From: Histomonas meleagridis 2922-C6/04-290x
Taxonomy: Eukaryota > Protista > Parabasalia
Direction of reading: 5' to 3'
Length of the DNA stretch: 64,000 nt
Assembly (NCBI GenBank): GCA_020184695.1
Contig: JAANOX010000238.1
Location: 434,001-498,000, forward strand
The translations under genes were made by a program, and so were the position numbers. Shown in pieces: positions 1 through 10,274 of the stretch (position 1 is its first letter; every line of letters starts with the position of its first letter). The notes under the pieces are model-generated. The model worked only from the letters and a program-made list of their open reading frames with translations, was not told where the DNA came from and did not search any database.

Positions 1-330
1 ATATTTCGATTTAATATTTTTAGTGATATTTTTATCAATTAAATTTTGTTCAATCATTTGTTCGATTAAATAATATGATTCTTGTGTGTTCATTGTAGAT
101 ATACGTTTGATAAAAATTGAAATTAGTTTAGCAATATTTTTAATTTCTTCTTCTTTCGTTTGAAGTGTTTTTAAAAAATTTAAGTAAATATCGAATACAC
201 ACTTTGGTGATGAAAATGCATTATAAATGATGTTAGTTGTAATAATATTAAATGTGTAGGGATAATTTGAATCGAATAATTCCAATATTTTTTTAACAGA
301 CGGCTGAAAGTTTTCTCAAGCTCAATTTGG
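1..330 (-). pseudogene. N-terminal fragment of the AT-rich ankyrin-repeat gene family (runs off the window start)
   Basis: The minus strand reads FLKTLQTKEEEIKNIAKLI...TQESYYLIEQMIEQNLI, which matches YLKALQTKETEIKSKII...QESFYLLEKMIEEKLI of the 50145 gene. Bases 1-130 are near-identical to about 36265-36395. Confidence 0.7.
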
Positions 331-1390
331 AATTTCAAGCAGGATGATAAATTATTCAAATTTTTATCTCCTGTGTTTATGGCAGTATCATCATTAAGCA
401 TGTGCTTTAGCGAAATCATAGCTTTAAATAAAATGAGACAAACCACATATTGTCTTACTTTAAAAGATTAATTTTTGATATTTTTAGTGATTTCAATTTT
501 TTTTGAAAATATTAGGAGTTTGATAAGAAATGCATTAAGCCCAGCTACTGCTATTAAAATTCTATGTCATATTCTAAAAAAAGATGTTACTTGAAAAATG
601 AACAATTGCAAAAAGTTATTCAAAAAATACCTATTTGTAACAAGATATGTCTTCAAATTAAATGTAACCAAGCACACATTGACTAAATTTGTATCTTTAA
701 AATTTAAAAAATATTGATATTTTTATTGATTATAATTTTTTTGGGAAATTTTAAAAAACTTGAAAATAAATGCATTTCTATCCAACTGCTATTATTAAAG
801 TTCTTATTTCATGTACTAAAAAAAGATGTGTAGCCGTATGAAAAAGCTCTATCCACCCCATTTTTCCAAATGTTTAACAAAAATTATCCACAAAACCATG
901 TTGTTTAGTCAGTCACGTACAATTGTCTGGTGTAATACTCAACTATCCAATGAATCTCATTACTCATATTAGATAATCATTCTTTGAATTTGTTCAAAAA
1001 CCTGTTAAACCTGTCTCACTGTGAATTAGTTAACATACCTGTTTGTTGGTTTCTGTTCCATGTGCTACTTTGATGAGAATATTACCTTGATTATAATCTT
1101 ACATCATTCAAGTTATTTAATATTAAATAATCATTATTAAAGGAAGCCCAACTTTGTGATGATGACTTGGTTAAATTCTTTCTAAATCAAAAAATTATTT
1201 TATACAGCACTTATTTGTGCATGGTTATCCAAAAAATTTCAAATTTAAGAAACTCACATTTTATTAATTGTTGGAATTTACCTTTAACAGATAGAAGCCC
1301 GTTTAACCGGGTAATTTCGGCGCCATTTTTTCTGAGTCAAAATTGAATAATTTACATAGAGAAACGTTATAAGATTTCGGAAGTGGCGGG

Positions 1391-1780
1391 ATGAGGAGCA
1401 ATTCATTTTCCTTGATGTTCGACGATGAATCGATAGGTTTTGCACAGCTTCAAAGAAATGAAGAAGGTGTTGATTATGGTATGAATTTGTCACCAGAGAG
1501 TATTCCCGAAATTAATCCAATGTCACTGGAAGATATGTCTATATCTATGTTTGAAGACGACGCAATGCTATCTGGATGGAATACTTTGAGACAAGAGCAA
1601 AATTTAGAAATCAGAAGAAAGAAGCCACAGAAAGTTGCTGTTTCAAAAGAAACCATGATTCTAAGACCTTTCGAATCTTGTCAAGCAACAGAAGCAAGTG
1701 TACTTTATCTTCGAATGTGGGCAAATAGAATGGTTGAAAAATCAGAAAATCAAAAATCAGAGGAAACTTCTTCAAAATAA
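1391..1780 (+). CDS. Hypothetical protein, 129 aa
   Basis: ATG-initiated ORF with higher GC than its flanks and a plausible acidic composition. No motif recognised. Confidence 0.55.
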   Translation: MRSNSFSLMFDDESIGFAQLQRNEEGVDYGMNLSPESIPEINPMSLEDMSISMFEDDAMLSGWNTLRQEQNLEIRRKKPQKVAVSKETMILRPFESCQATEASVLYLRMWANRMVEKSENQKSEETSSK

Positions 1781-2127
1781 TTTTCAAGTAACCTGTTGAG
1801 TAAAGAATTGGATATTAAATTAATTTAACTAAATTCTGTAACGATTTTTAACATATGTATTTACTGAAACCTATATTTAGAGTTGACCTTTCATTGGCTG
1901 TAACCAGAGTTGCTTTAAAAAACTTTGTTTATTTGAGTGCTTTGTGAAGTTGCTACTGAAATACATGAAGAAAACAATATGAGCGAAATGTTAAATGAAA
2001 TTTAATTTTGGAAAACATTTTCATTCAGTGCAAACGAATTGTTCTAACTTAAAAATTTGGTTAACCAATTAAAGCAGGTTAAATTTTATTAACATGTTAA
2101 TAAAAGATTACATAATTTATTCACAGT

Positions 2128-3093
2128 TTAATTATATTCAGATATATCATCTGGAAGTATTTCATTAATTACCTTCTTTTGTTCATTTGAAATCTTTTTT
2201 GGAAACTCAATAAAAATTGTTACCATTAAATCGCCTCTTTTTCCATTAGCGTCAAGAATTGGTAATCCTTTTCCTTTTACCACCTTTACATCACCACTTT
2301 TAATTCCATCAATAGGAATTTTTAATATTTCTTCATCAATATTTTTTACTTCGACTTCGCTTCCATTAAGCACATCATAGAGAGAGACCGTTAAGTTTGT
2401 ATACAAATTTGACTTGTATCGTTCGAACGATGGATGTTTTGAGCATTGGGCAATGAAAACAACGTCACAGGCACCGCGATCAGCTTTATTATCACCGAGA
2501 TCACGTACAAAGATTCTATGGAACTCAGGAGCTCCTGGGGGAAGATGAACTGTGTGTTCAACAATTTGTGTCATAAATGGATTTTTTCTACATTTGGCAC
2601 ACTTAACACCACCACGAGGACAATAACATGGAACTGTTTGTATGGATTTAATAACTTTTTCAGCACCATTCATAAAATCAATGAGTTGAAATTGGAGTGG
2701 ATACGTGATTATCCCACCAAATTCATCATCCCCTTCAATTTGGTATTGTTGAGAATAATATTTTTTAATAAGAGAAATTTTAAGATCGTCTTGATAGCCA
2801 TAAACAGAAAATCCTGTTTCGTTGATAATTCCAATACCATATGAATCATAAAGTTTTCGACTTGAAGCATCCAGTAAAACATCATAAGCAATTTCCATTT
2901 GATTCCACAACCGTAAAGTTTTTTCGTTTGGATTTTTTTGACGATTCTTTTGAACTTGAAATCTTTTATAACTCTTTAATATATTCCGATCTGAAGTATC
3001 TTGATCTAATCCAATTGTTTTGTAGAGGTCTATCTTAATATCAGTGAAATTGATGTGTTTAACAAAGAATAAAATTAAAGCAACAAAAATCAT
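2128..3093 (-). CDS. DnaJ/Hsp40-like protein with predicted signal peptide (ERdj3/DNAJB11-like architecture), 321 aa
   Basis: The likely start is MIFVALILFF at 3093. It has a J-domain-like segment (DLYKTIGL...AYDVLLDASSRKLYDSYG), a short Cys segment (CYCPRGGVKCAKC) and the DnaJ C-terminal signature (GKGLP...GKRGDLMVTIFIEFP). Confidence 0.85.
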   Translation of the reverse strand: MIFVALILFFVKHINFTDIKIDLYKTIGLDQDTSDRNILKSYKRFQVQKNRQKNPNEKTLRLWNQMEIAYDVLLDASSRKLYDSYGIGIINETGFSVYGYQDDLKISLIKKYYSQQYQIEGDDEFGGIITYPLQFQLIDFMNGAEKVIKSIQTVPCYCPRGGVKCAKCRKNPFMTQIVEHTVHLPPGAPEFHRIFVRDLGDNKADRGACDVVFIAQCSKHPSFERYKSNLYTNLTVSLYDVLNGSEVEVKNIDEEILKIPIDGIKSGDVKVVKGKGLPILDANGKRGDLMVTIFIEFPKKISNEQKKVINEILPDDISEYN

Positions 3094-3178
3094 TTGGTAA
3101 ACGGTCTCGGGGCACACCGAATGTATCAAAAGATTTGATGTGGAAACAAAAATAAAAATGAGTGATGAATTTATTATA

Positions 3179-4714
3179 TTATCTGCGATCACGTCCTCTC
3201 CTGTCATCTCGTGATCCTCTTGGAGGTGATCTATCTCTCCTCGAGTACCTGTCGCCTCTCCTATCATCATCATCTCTATATCTTCTATCATCATCTTTCC
3301 TTCTATCATCATCCCTATATCTTCTGTCATCATCTCTCCTCCGGTCGTCATCTCTCCTTCTGTCATCATCCCTTCTACGATCATCATCTCTCCTCCGGTC
3401 GTCATCTCTCCGTCTGTCATCATCTCTATACCTTCTATCATCGTCTCTCCTTCGATCATCATCCCTTCTCCTGTCATCGTCTCTTCTCCGATCATCATCT
3501 CTGTGTCTCCGATCATCATCCCGTCTTCTGTCATCATCTCTTCTCCGATCATCTTCCCTATATCTCCTATCATCATCTCTCCTTCTGTCATCATCCCGTC
3601 TTCGATCATCATCTCTTCTCCGATCATCATCCCTATACCTTCTGTCATCATCCCTATACCTTCTTTCATCATCTCTCCGTCTGTCATCATCTCTATATCT
3701 TCTTCTTTCATCACCTCTTTTTCTTTCTTCTTCTCTTCTCCTTCTCTCCTCTTCTCTTCTCCTTGGCCCTTCGCGATCATTTTCGTCCTCATCGTCTCTT
3801 CTAAATTCTCTTTTATTGTTCTGATGTTTCGGCTTATTATATCCGCGGGGGTTTTCGTCCATTTCTTCAACAATCCCTTGGCCGCCGAAGTCCTTCGCTC
3901 TCGAGCTATTGTTTTCGACCATTCGTTTGTATTCTTCGCTTCCTTTTAATTTATCCGGATCATATCTTTGCCACTCTTTAATTTCTTCGCGGAGCTGCGT
4001 TTCCTCTATGAGTAATAGCGGCGAAATTCCCGTGCGAAGACACTTCGGGTTCGGACATCTTTGTTGATCATCTGCCAATAATGCATTCGTAATACACGAA
4101 TCGCAATATGCTGTGTTGCAACATGGAGTACTCGTGGCAGTACGTAATAAGCGATGACATATTGGACATAGCCATCGCTTTAAGTCGTCGAGATTCCATC
4201 GATCTTCACTAAGCGGTGGTTCATCTGTACGTTGGAAACATGAAACCTCACCGTACGGTAATATGACACGGCCACGAGTGGGACGGAATACAAAGCTTCG
4301 AGGCATTTGTGATTTTCCATAAAAAAATTTTTGTTGTTCCTTCTCTGTTTCATCAGTCTGACGTGGAATCGCTGCCTGCGGTACAGGTGCAGTTGGTGCT
4401 TCGGCATTTGGTCCGTTTTCAGTTGCAAGATTTGATGCTTGTGCCACTTCTTGTTTTTGTGCAGCTTCTAATATCGCTTTGGGAAGACGTGAAACTACAA
4501 CTGATGCATTACGGTGTATATATTCGTTTGGATCATTATACGTTTTTTGATTTTGGGCATTTTGGATTACTAATGTGATGTCTTGTCGTTGGTCTAAATG
4601 CTCTTGTTTCATGATGAGATCGCGAAGACGATAAAGAGGGATACTTTGGCCAGTGATAGTGACATATGATGACTTCTTTTTACACCTAAAACGATACTCA
4701 ATTCTTGAAGACAT
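3179..4714 (-). CDS. RBBP6: RBBP6/Mpe1-like protein: DWNN ubiquitin-like domain, RING finger and Arg/Asp-rich tail, 511 aa
   Basis: The N-terminus MSSRIEYRFRCKK...YNDPNEYIHRNASVVVSRLP is a DWNN signature. The RING is CPICHRLL...TPCCNTAYCDSCI...CPNPKC. Confidence 0.85.
   Translation of the reverse strand: MSSRIEYRFRCKKKSSYVTITGQSIPLYRLRDLIMKQEHLDQRQDITLVIQNAQNQKTYNDPNEYIHRNASVVVSRLPKAILEAAQKQEVAQASNLATENGPNAEAPTAPVPQAAIPRQTDETEKEQQKFFYGKSQMPRSFVFRPTRGRVILPYGEVSCFQRTDEPPLSEDRWNLDDLKRWLCPICHRLLRTATSTPCCNTAYCDSCITNALLADDQQRCPNPKCLRTGISPLLLIEETQLREEIKEWQRYDPDKLKGSEEYKRMVENNSSRAKDFGGQGIVEEMDENPRGYNKPKHQNNKREFRRDDEDENDREGPRRREEERRRREEERKRGDERRRYRDDDRRRDDERRYRDDDRRYRDDDRRRDDDRRRDDDRRRDDDRRYREDDRRRDDDRRRDDDRRHRDDDRRRDDDRRRDDDRRRDDDRRYRDDDRRRDDDRRRDDDRRRDDDRRRDDDRRRDDDRRYRDDDRRKDDDRRYRDDDDRRGDRYSRRDRSPPRGSRDDRRGRDRR
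3255..3710 (-). repeat. Coding minisatellite, about 18-21-nt units encoding RRDDDR / RYRDDDR
   Basis: Tandem degenerate units such as GATGATCGAAGGAGAGAC are visible directly and translate to repeated DDDRRR. Confidence 0.95.
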
Positions 4715-4784
4715 CTTGTACCAATTCACTATCTCTGTTTGAATCGAATAGATTGGTACTTAACGGTCTCCACGTAACGTACAA

Positions 4785-5441
4785 ATGAATCATGCAATTG
4801 ATAATGGATCATACATCCTTGAAGAAGCTGAATTAGAAATCAGTGATGATAGTGACGGGGAATATGTTGAAGTAGAGGTAGAAGATTTAAAAGATAATGA
4901 AAAGGAAGAAGAAGAAATTTTTGAATTACCTGAATCAGCTTTAACAAGTGACCAACCTGTTGTTATAAAGCACAATGAAGTCGTTGATGATTTCATTCGT
5001 AATTTCTTTAAAAAAATGAATATGGAAGAATCACTTGCAACATTTCAACGTGAATGGTATTCAACAGAACGAAAAACTAATTTTCGTGACCTGTCTGAAG
5101 AGGTTGCTGATATTAAACAAAAAATTACACAGATGGAAGCCGAAAAAAAGAAATGGCAAAATATTTGTGATGAAGTTCAACAAACATGGGATCGCTTAAA
5201 GCAAGAGAGAAACTATCACAGAGATGGATTAAATGCTCTTAAAAAAGAAAAAGAACAACTCACAGCTGACTTGCGAAAAATGAAAAAAGATCAAATGAAA
5301 CTAGAACCTGCACTTGAAGAACTCAAAAAGAAGTTCGAACAAGTGAATAAAGAGAGGTCGTTATTAAGAATAGAAAGAGATAAACTAATGAGCGAAATCC
5401 AAAAGCTTCAAAATCAATCATCTGATAACACAAGTGATTAA
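4785..5441 (+). CDS. SPAG16/PF20 N-terminal-like protein (LisH-like motif plus coiled coil, no WD40 repeats), 218 aa
   Basis: EVVDDFIRNFFKKMNMEESLATFQREWY and KQERNYHR resemble the conserved N-terminal motifs of PF20/SPAG16. Confidence 0.7.
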   Translation: MNHAIDNGSYILEEAELEISDDSDGEYVEVEVEDLKDNEKEEEEIFELPESALTSDQPVVIKHNEVVDDFIRNFFKKMNMEESLATFQREWYSTERKTNFRDLSEEVADIKQKITQMEAEKKKWQNICDEVQQTWDRLKQERNYHRDGLNALKKEKEQLTADLRKMKKDQMKLEPALEELKKKFEQVNKERSLLRIERDKLMSEIQKLQNQSSDNTSD

Positions 5442-5682
5442 TTTGTTTTCTAAATACTTTGTTTAAACAATGTCTTTATATTATTTTTGATAAATTGTTA
5501 ATTTTCAATTTTATTACATTAAATTTATTTTAAAGAATATTAATATTTATTTAAAAAACTTACACTGTTTTACTTTAAGATTTTAAAAAGATCTTTCTCA
5601 TAAAATAAAGCGATTTTCTTTCTTTCTAGAAAGAAAAAAAATAACAGCCGATCATATAAACTATTAAAAAATTGAATGGCAA

Positions 5683-6396
5683 ATGGAAGCGTTCGAAGAA
5701 GAAGAAGAGGAAGAAGAAGTTGAAGACTTTGGAAACCCAGAATATTGGGAAAATAGATACGCATCATCACCTGAAGATTATGAGTGGTATTTCGGATGGG
5801 ATTTTTTGAAAGAAAAACTTGAAAATATATGCAATGGAAGGGAAGTTGTATTAAATTTAGGCTGTGGAAACTCACGGATGCCTTACGAAATGCGGAATTC
5901 ATTCAAAAAAATTTATAATATGGATATCTCAAATAACGTTATTAATCAAATGAAGGAAAAATATTCAAATGAAAAAAATCTTATATGGGAACAAATGGAT
6001 TGTGCTGAACTTAAATATGAAGATGAATTTTTTGATGTTATTTTTGACAAGGCAACAATTGATGCAATTTTATGTTCAGATAATTTTAAAGAAATGACTT
6101 ATTCAGCGATCTTAGAATGCTCTAGAACGCTGAAAACGAACGGCCTTCTTGTCATTATGACATGCGGCCTTTTTCATCCAAACCTTACGAACTCTGTATT
6201 TAAAGGAAATAAGCTCAACTGGGAACTTCTGAAGACAAGCAACTTTAAAAATCCAACAAATAAGGAACAGACGATTTTTCTATACGTATTAAAGAAGCTC
6301 CCAAGATCTGAATGTGAAGATGAAAATATCGATAAATCATTTATAATTTTCCCAAATGATGACATCATGTTGAAAATACTGGAGAGTGACGAATAA
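5683..6396 (+). CDS. Class I SAM-dependent methyltransferase, EEF1AKMT4/METTL13-N-like, 237 aa
   Basis: FGNPEYWENRY...YEWY, motif I VLNLGCGNSR and FDVIFDKATIDAIL. Confidence 0.85.
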   Translation: MEAFEEEEEEEEVEDFGNPEYWENRYASSPEDYEWYFGWDFLKEKLENICNGREVVLNLGCGNSRMPYEMRNSFKKIYNMDISNNVINQMKEKYSNEKNLIWEQMDCAELKYEDEFFDVIFDKATIDAILCSDNFKEMTYSAILECSRTLKTNGLLVIMTCGLFHPNLTNSVFKGNKLNWELLKTSNFKNPTNKEQTIFLYVLKKLPRSECEDENIDKSFIIFPNDDIMLKILESDE

Positions 6397-6829
6397 TGTG
6401 GTGTAGCTATTAATAAAATCTTTTTGATGATAATTTCCATTAAATTTTAAATAAATGTTTTGACCGCTTACAATGTTTTTACTTTATAAGAAGATCAACA
6501 ACATAAGGTAGAAACTACAATCGTTTGAATTTTACTTATAAAAGGGGAAGATTAAATCTTAAAATAAAATAAAAATAAAAAATAAAGATAATCGATTTTT
6601 GAAGAATCGACGTTTCAAGTTACAGTAATACTAGCATGCTGTTGTTATGCGAATAATAGTCTATGGCTTTTACGAGTCTTATGCTTCACCTTGGTGTAGT
6701 TTCTTTGAAGGTGGATATGAAGGGTTTTTCATCATATTTTATCCATGTTAACATGTTAAATACTTCAAAAGAAAAAACACATGACATTACAAATATATAC
6801 AAAAAATTACTAATTCCACTTGAACATAT

Positions 6830-7133
6830 CGTGTTTGATTTAACTGAAGAAAATCTTGATTTTTCAATTGAAAAAACAACAATTATCAATTTTTATTATT
6901 ATTATTATTATTTATATAAAAAAAGTATTGTAAAAATAATAATATTTATAAAAATAATAATAGTACATATGTACTTAAATTATTTAGAAATAATTCAAAT
7001 TAAAGAAGAAGAAATAAACAAAATAATTCAAATTTTCTTCTATTCCATATCTGAAATTTATGAGCCTGAATGTTTTTTTCTAATTGAGAAATTGAAAAAT
7101 CGAAATTTAATTTATGTGTTCATGGTAATTTGA
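6830..7133 (+). pseudogene. Truncated N-terminal remnant of the ankyrin family
   Basis: LTEENLDFSIEKT...YLEIIQIKEEEINKIIQIF...EPECFFLIEKL aligns by eye with the N-terminus of the 50145 gene. It contains a (TAT)n tract at about 6893-6913. Confidence 0.5.
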
Positions 7134-7187
7134 TTAAAACATTATTTTATAAAACAAATCTGCTTTTTATAATTAACGGTCGTTGCA

Positions 7188-8675
7188 ATGGATGCTTTTG
7201 TTGACGATCCTCCAAAACAAGAGAAATCAAAGAACCATTCATATAAACCATACATCCGTCAGCAAATGCGCGATATGTATAAAAATTCGTCACAAAAAGG
7301 TCTTTTAAAAAATGTTAGTGTTCATGTTCCATATTCAGTTAAAGAAGAAAACAAAATCTTAACATACTGCGCTATCCAAAGATTTCGTAATCAATCAATA
7401 CCTGTCAACATGATCCCATATCAATTAATGAGAGAAAATTATAATCCAAGTAGTGAAGACTTCAAAGTTCGTTCAATCAATAGAAATTACCAAAGTATTA
7501 TGAATTATCTTAGTGATGTTGTTACATTTAAATCACCCAATTTTATTGATGATATTGAAACTCCTCAATCCATTCAATTAAAATGTTTTGAAACAGATAT
7601 TAGTGGTATCCCACCCAATTATCAACAAGATCTTGACCAACTTACTATCTCTCCGATTAATCATTTATATTTTGCCATGTTCTTTCAACCGAAAAGTCCT
7701 CTTTTAGTCAAAACTAATGGCACATTTCCACATCGACGTCTCTTTAACAATCAATCCAGCTTTACTACAGTCACACATCGAATTTTTTGTACCAATTATC
7801 GAAATTCATGTTGCATCTACGAATGCAATTTATTAACATTTTTTGACTTGCGCAAGTGCATTAAATATGTTTCCAACTTTTCTGACGAAGAAGTCCAAAC
7901 ATTTTCGAATTGGAGCATTCCATGCGAAATCATTCCTACGCAATTAATTGGATATCCATATAAAGACATTGACGAAAATGTTTTTATTTTTGCCGGAAAC
8001 TCCCAAGATATCGAAGGCAATGACTGTATTTTTGTTTGGAAATGTAATTTAATTTTTCATGAGTATGAGCGTTTTAAGATAATTGTTAATTCGAATTATT
8101 TCCGTTGGCTTAAAGGTCAACGTCTTTTAATAATATGTGAGAATAATAACGACATAAAAATATTTGATTATAATGAGAAAAAAATTTTGACATTTTATTT
8201 AGCCGAGTCACACGATATATTAAATTGTGATGGCGAAGCTTTAGTTTTAAGAGTGAGAAATAAGAAAGCGGATCATCTTAAAGTGATACCGTTTTCGAGT
8301 TTGACTCCTTTGAGTTTAGATGTTGGATATGATGTTGAGTTTATGGCATTTTGTGCGGGTAATTTGCTGTTTATAACAAGTGATAGAAAAATTCACGTGT
8401 GGAATACTGTAATACAACATCGCGATTGCGGTGTGTTGGCAGCTCCGTGCGTTGAATTAAGAGCTATTCCTGAGTTGGATATATTTCTGGCGATAACGAA
8501 TAGGCATTATGTGTTTTTGGATAAGTTCGGTCAAATTATTAAGGAATTCCAAATGGACGGAGTTAAGCATATTATGTTCGATAAAGAAAATATGTACGCG
8601 CTCACTTTGGGAGCAAAAGGTTTTAGAATAAGAAGATTTGTACAAATGAATGATAATTTGTATGATTTTGAATAA
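7188..8675 (+). CDS. Hypothetical protein, 495 aa, C-terminal half possibly a beta-propeller
   Basis: Long ATG ORF. Short hydrophobic beta-strand patterns (IFVWK, IKIFD, IHVWN) occur in the C-terminal half. Confidence 0.75.
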   Translation: MDAFVDDPPKQEKSKNHSYKPYIRQQMRDMYKNSSQKGLLKNVSVHVPYSVKEENKILTYCAIQRFRNQSIPVNMIPYQLMRENYNPSSEDFKVRSINRNYQSIMNYLSDVVTFKSPNFIDDIETPQSIQLKCFETDISGIPPNYQQDLDQLTISPINHLYFAMFFQPKSPLLVKTNGTFPHRRLFNNQSSFTTVTHRIFCTNYRNSCCIYECNLLTFFDLRKCIKYVSNFSDEEVQTFSNWSIPCEIIPTQLIGYPYKDIDENVFIFAGNSQDIEGNDCIFVWKCNLIFHEYERFKIIVNSNYFRWLKGQRLLIICENNNDIKIFDYNEKKILTFYLAESHDILNCDGEALVLRVRNKKADHLKVIPFSSLTPLSLDVGYDVEFMAFCAGNLLFITSDRKIHVWNTVIQHRDCGVLAAPCVELRAIPELDIFLAITNRHYVFLDKFGQIIKEFQMDGVKHIMFDKENMYALTLGAKGFRIRRFVQMNDNLYDFE

Positions 8676-9171
8676 ATATTAATTTTTGTTTAATAAAAGC
8701 TTATAATTGATTTAAAAAATGTTTAAATAATAAAGATAAGCATTAATAAAATTATATATATATATATACTGATAATATTACAATTTTTTGATGATTTTAT
8801 ATGATATAACAAAATTTTTAAATTTCCTTGTTCTTAAATATAAATATTGTGGCTTATATCTTGTTAAACATTTTCTTGAAAATAAATCTCTAAATTATAT
8901 AATATTTTCTATTCGATCAAATAATGCTGAGCTTGTGAGCATATTTTAAAACAAGGAATTGATGTCATCTCAAGAGATATTCATTTGTTTTGATTGATAT
9001 TTATTTTAATTGTTTAATATTTTAAAATACTATTTATAAATTATTTGGATACACAAGTATTTGACACATCGAAAATTCAAATATTGTTGGGTTTGATGAA
9101 TAGTTTTTGAATGGTTAATCAAAAAGTGCACGCTTTCTTCACTACAAAACCGTTCGCTATCAAAAAGTTTT

Positions 9172-10119
9172 ATGATTCCAATTCTAGATGAGAATAAACT
9201 CATAATAGATATCAATTTTTTTCCATCCATATTAAATGCTATCCAATCAAAAAATAAGCGTTTATCAAAAGATGCTTTAGAAGATATCAGAGATGAAATC
9301 TTAATATGCAAAACTCGTTTCCGTGATAGCTACAAATTATTTAGACAGAGCCGCTTAAAACTCAACAATAGGCTTCGACGCTTTTCGAATCAAAACGATG
9401 TAAAAAGCAGGAATAAGCGACCAATCATTAGCGCTAGTCCAAATGGTGAAAGTACTATAATTCCCCCAGAGAAAAACCCGTGGTTGCTTACTAATCGATT
9501 TTTTGTTCCTATTCCCAGTCAAGATCAATATGAAAAAATGTTCAAGATAAATTTTCCAGATTTACCATCAACTAATGACAACGTTGGAGCTCACCTGGCT
9601 CAAATTGCCATGAATTCATCACCTATGGCACTTGTTCCACGTCATAATTTCGAACTCCATTTTGAAACAGAAGATATCCAAGAAAACAAATCCAACGTTT
9701 TGAACTTGCTTTTGAGTTCTCTTGTTCCAGCTGTTTTGCCTCCTAATGACCCTTTGCAGCAACCATCCAAATCAGATAGGAAGATTCCATATCACTACTT
9801 ACCACCTCTAATTGAGGAATGTGATTGTTATATGCAATATGGCTTCACTGAAAGACTTTTGTTCGAGTTGGAGGGAGCTGGATTTGATGAATTCAATTTT
9901 GAAAAATCATCTAATCCGACTCAATATGAAATAGATGAAATTAGTAACGAACTTGAAAACAGAGTAAAACCACAGATGGAAGAACTTAGGGATGAATTAA
10001 TGAAAAAACTCGACAAATATAGAGCAATTGCAAGAAAAAGAAACATAGAGAACGAAAACTTTATCTATCTTAAAAGCACAATTAAGAAGAGAAAGAGGCG
10101 TTCAGGGCGCAAAAGTTAA
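9172..10119 (+). CDS. Possible Ada3/Ngg1-like SAGA subunit, 315 aa
   Basis: FTERLLFELEGAGF...EIDEISNEL followed by a coiled coil and a basic NLS-like tail resembles the Ada3 C-terminal motif. The function call is tentative. Confidence 0.6.
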   Translation: MIPILDENKLIIDINFFPSILNAIQSKNKRLSKDALEDIRDEILICKTRFRDSYKLFRQSRLKLNNRLRRFSNQNDVKSRNKRPIISASPNGESTIIPPEKNPWLLTNRFFVPIPSQDQYEKMFKINFPDLPSTNDNVGAHLAQIAMNSSPMALVPRHNFELHFETEDIQENKSNVLNLLLSSLVPAVLPPNDPLQQPSKSDRKIPYHYLPPLIEECDCYMQYGFTERLLFELEGAGFDEFNFEKSSNPTQYEIDEISNELENRVKPQMEELRDELMKKLDKYRAIARKRNIENENFIYLKSTIKKRKRRSGRKS

Positions 10120-10274
10120 ATATTTCTTTTTGATGGATATTTGTCACTTTTATGTAATAAACTATTGTAAATTACAGTTAAAGCGGTTTTCATTCTAAAA
10201 GTTGTTAATTCTATAGTATCGTTCTTTTACATAACCGCCATAAACAAACTCATGCAAATTTTACTTACAATTAT

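Noticed and set aside
2128-3873. 581-aa ORF fusing an M/I/E/G-rich region to the DnaJ protein
   Set aside because: The N-terminal 260 aa are an alternative frame of the RBBP6 RD minisatellite. The DnaJ protein has its own signal-peptide start at 3093.
3162-3949. Plus-strand ORFs rich in Ser/Leu, His or Ile/Ser (3162-3824, 3211-3804, 3503-3949)
   Set aside because: These are antisense shadows of the low-complexity repeat, which lacks stops in several frames.
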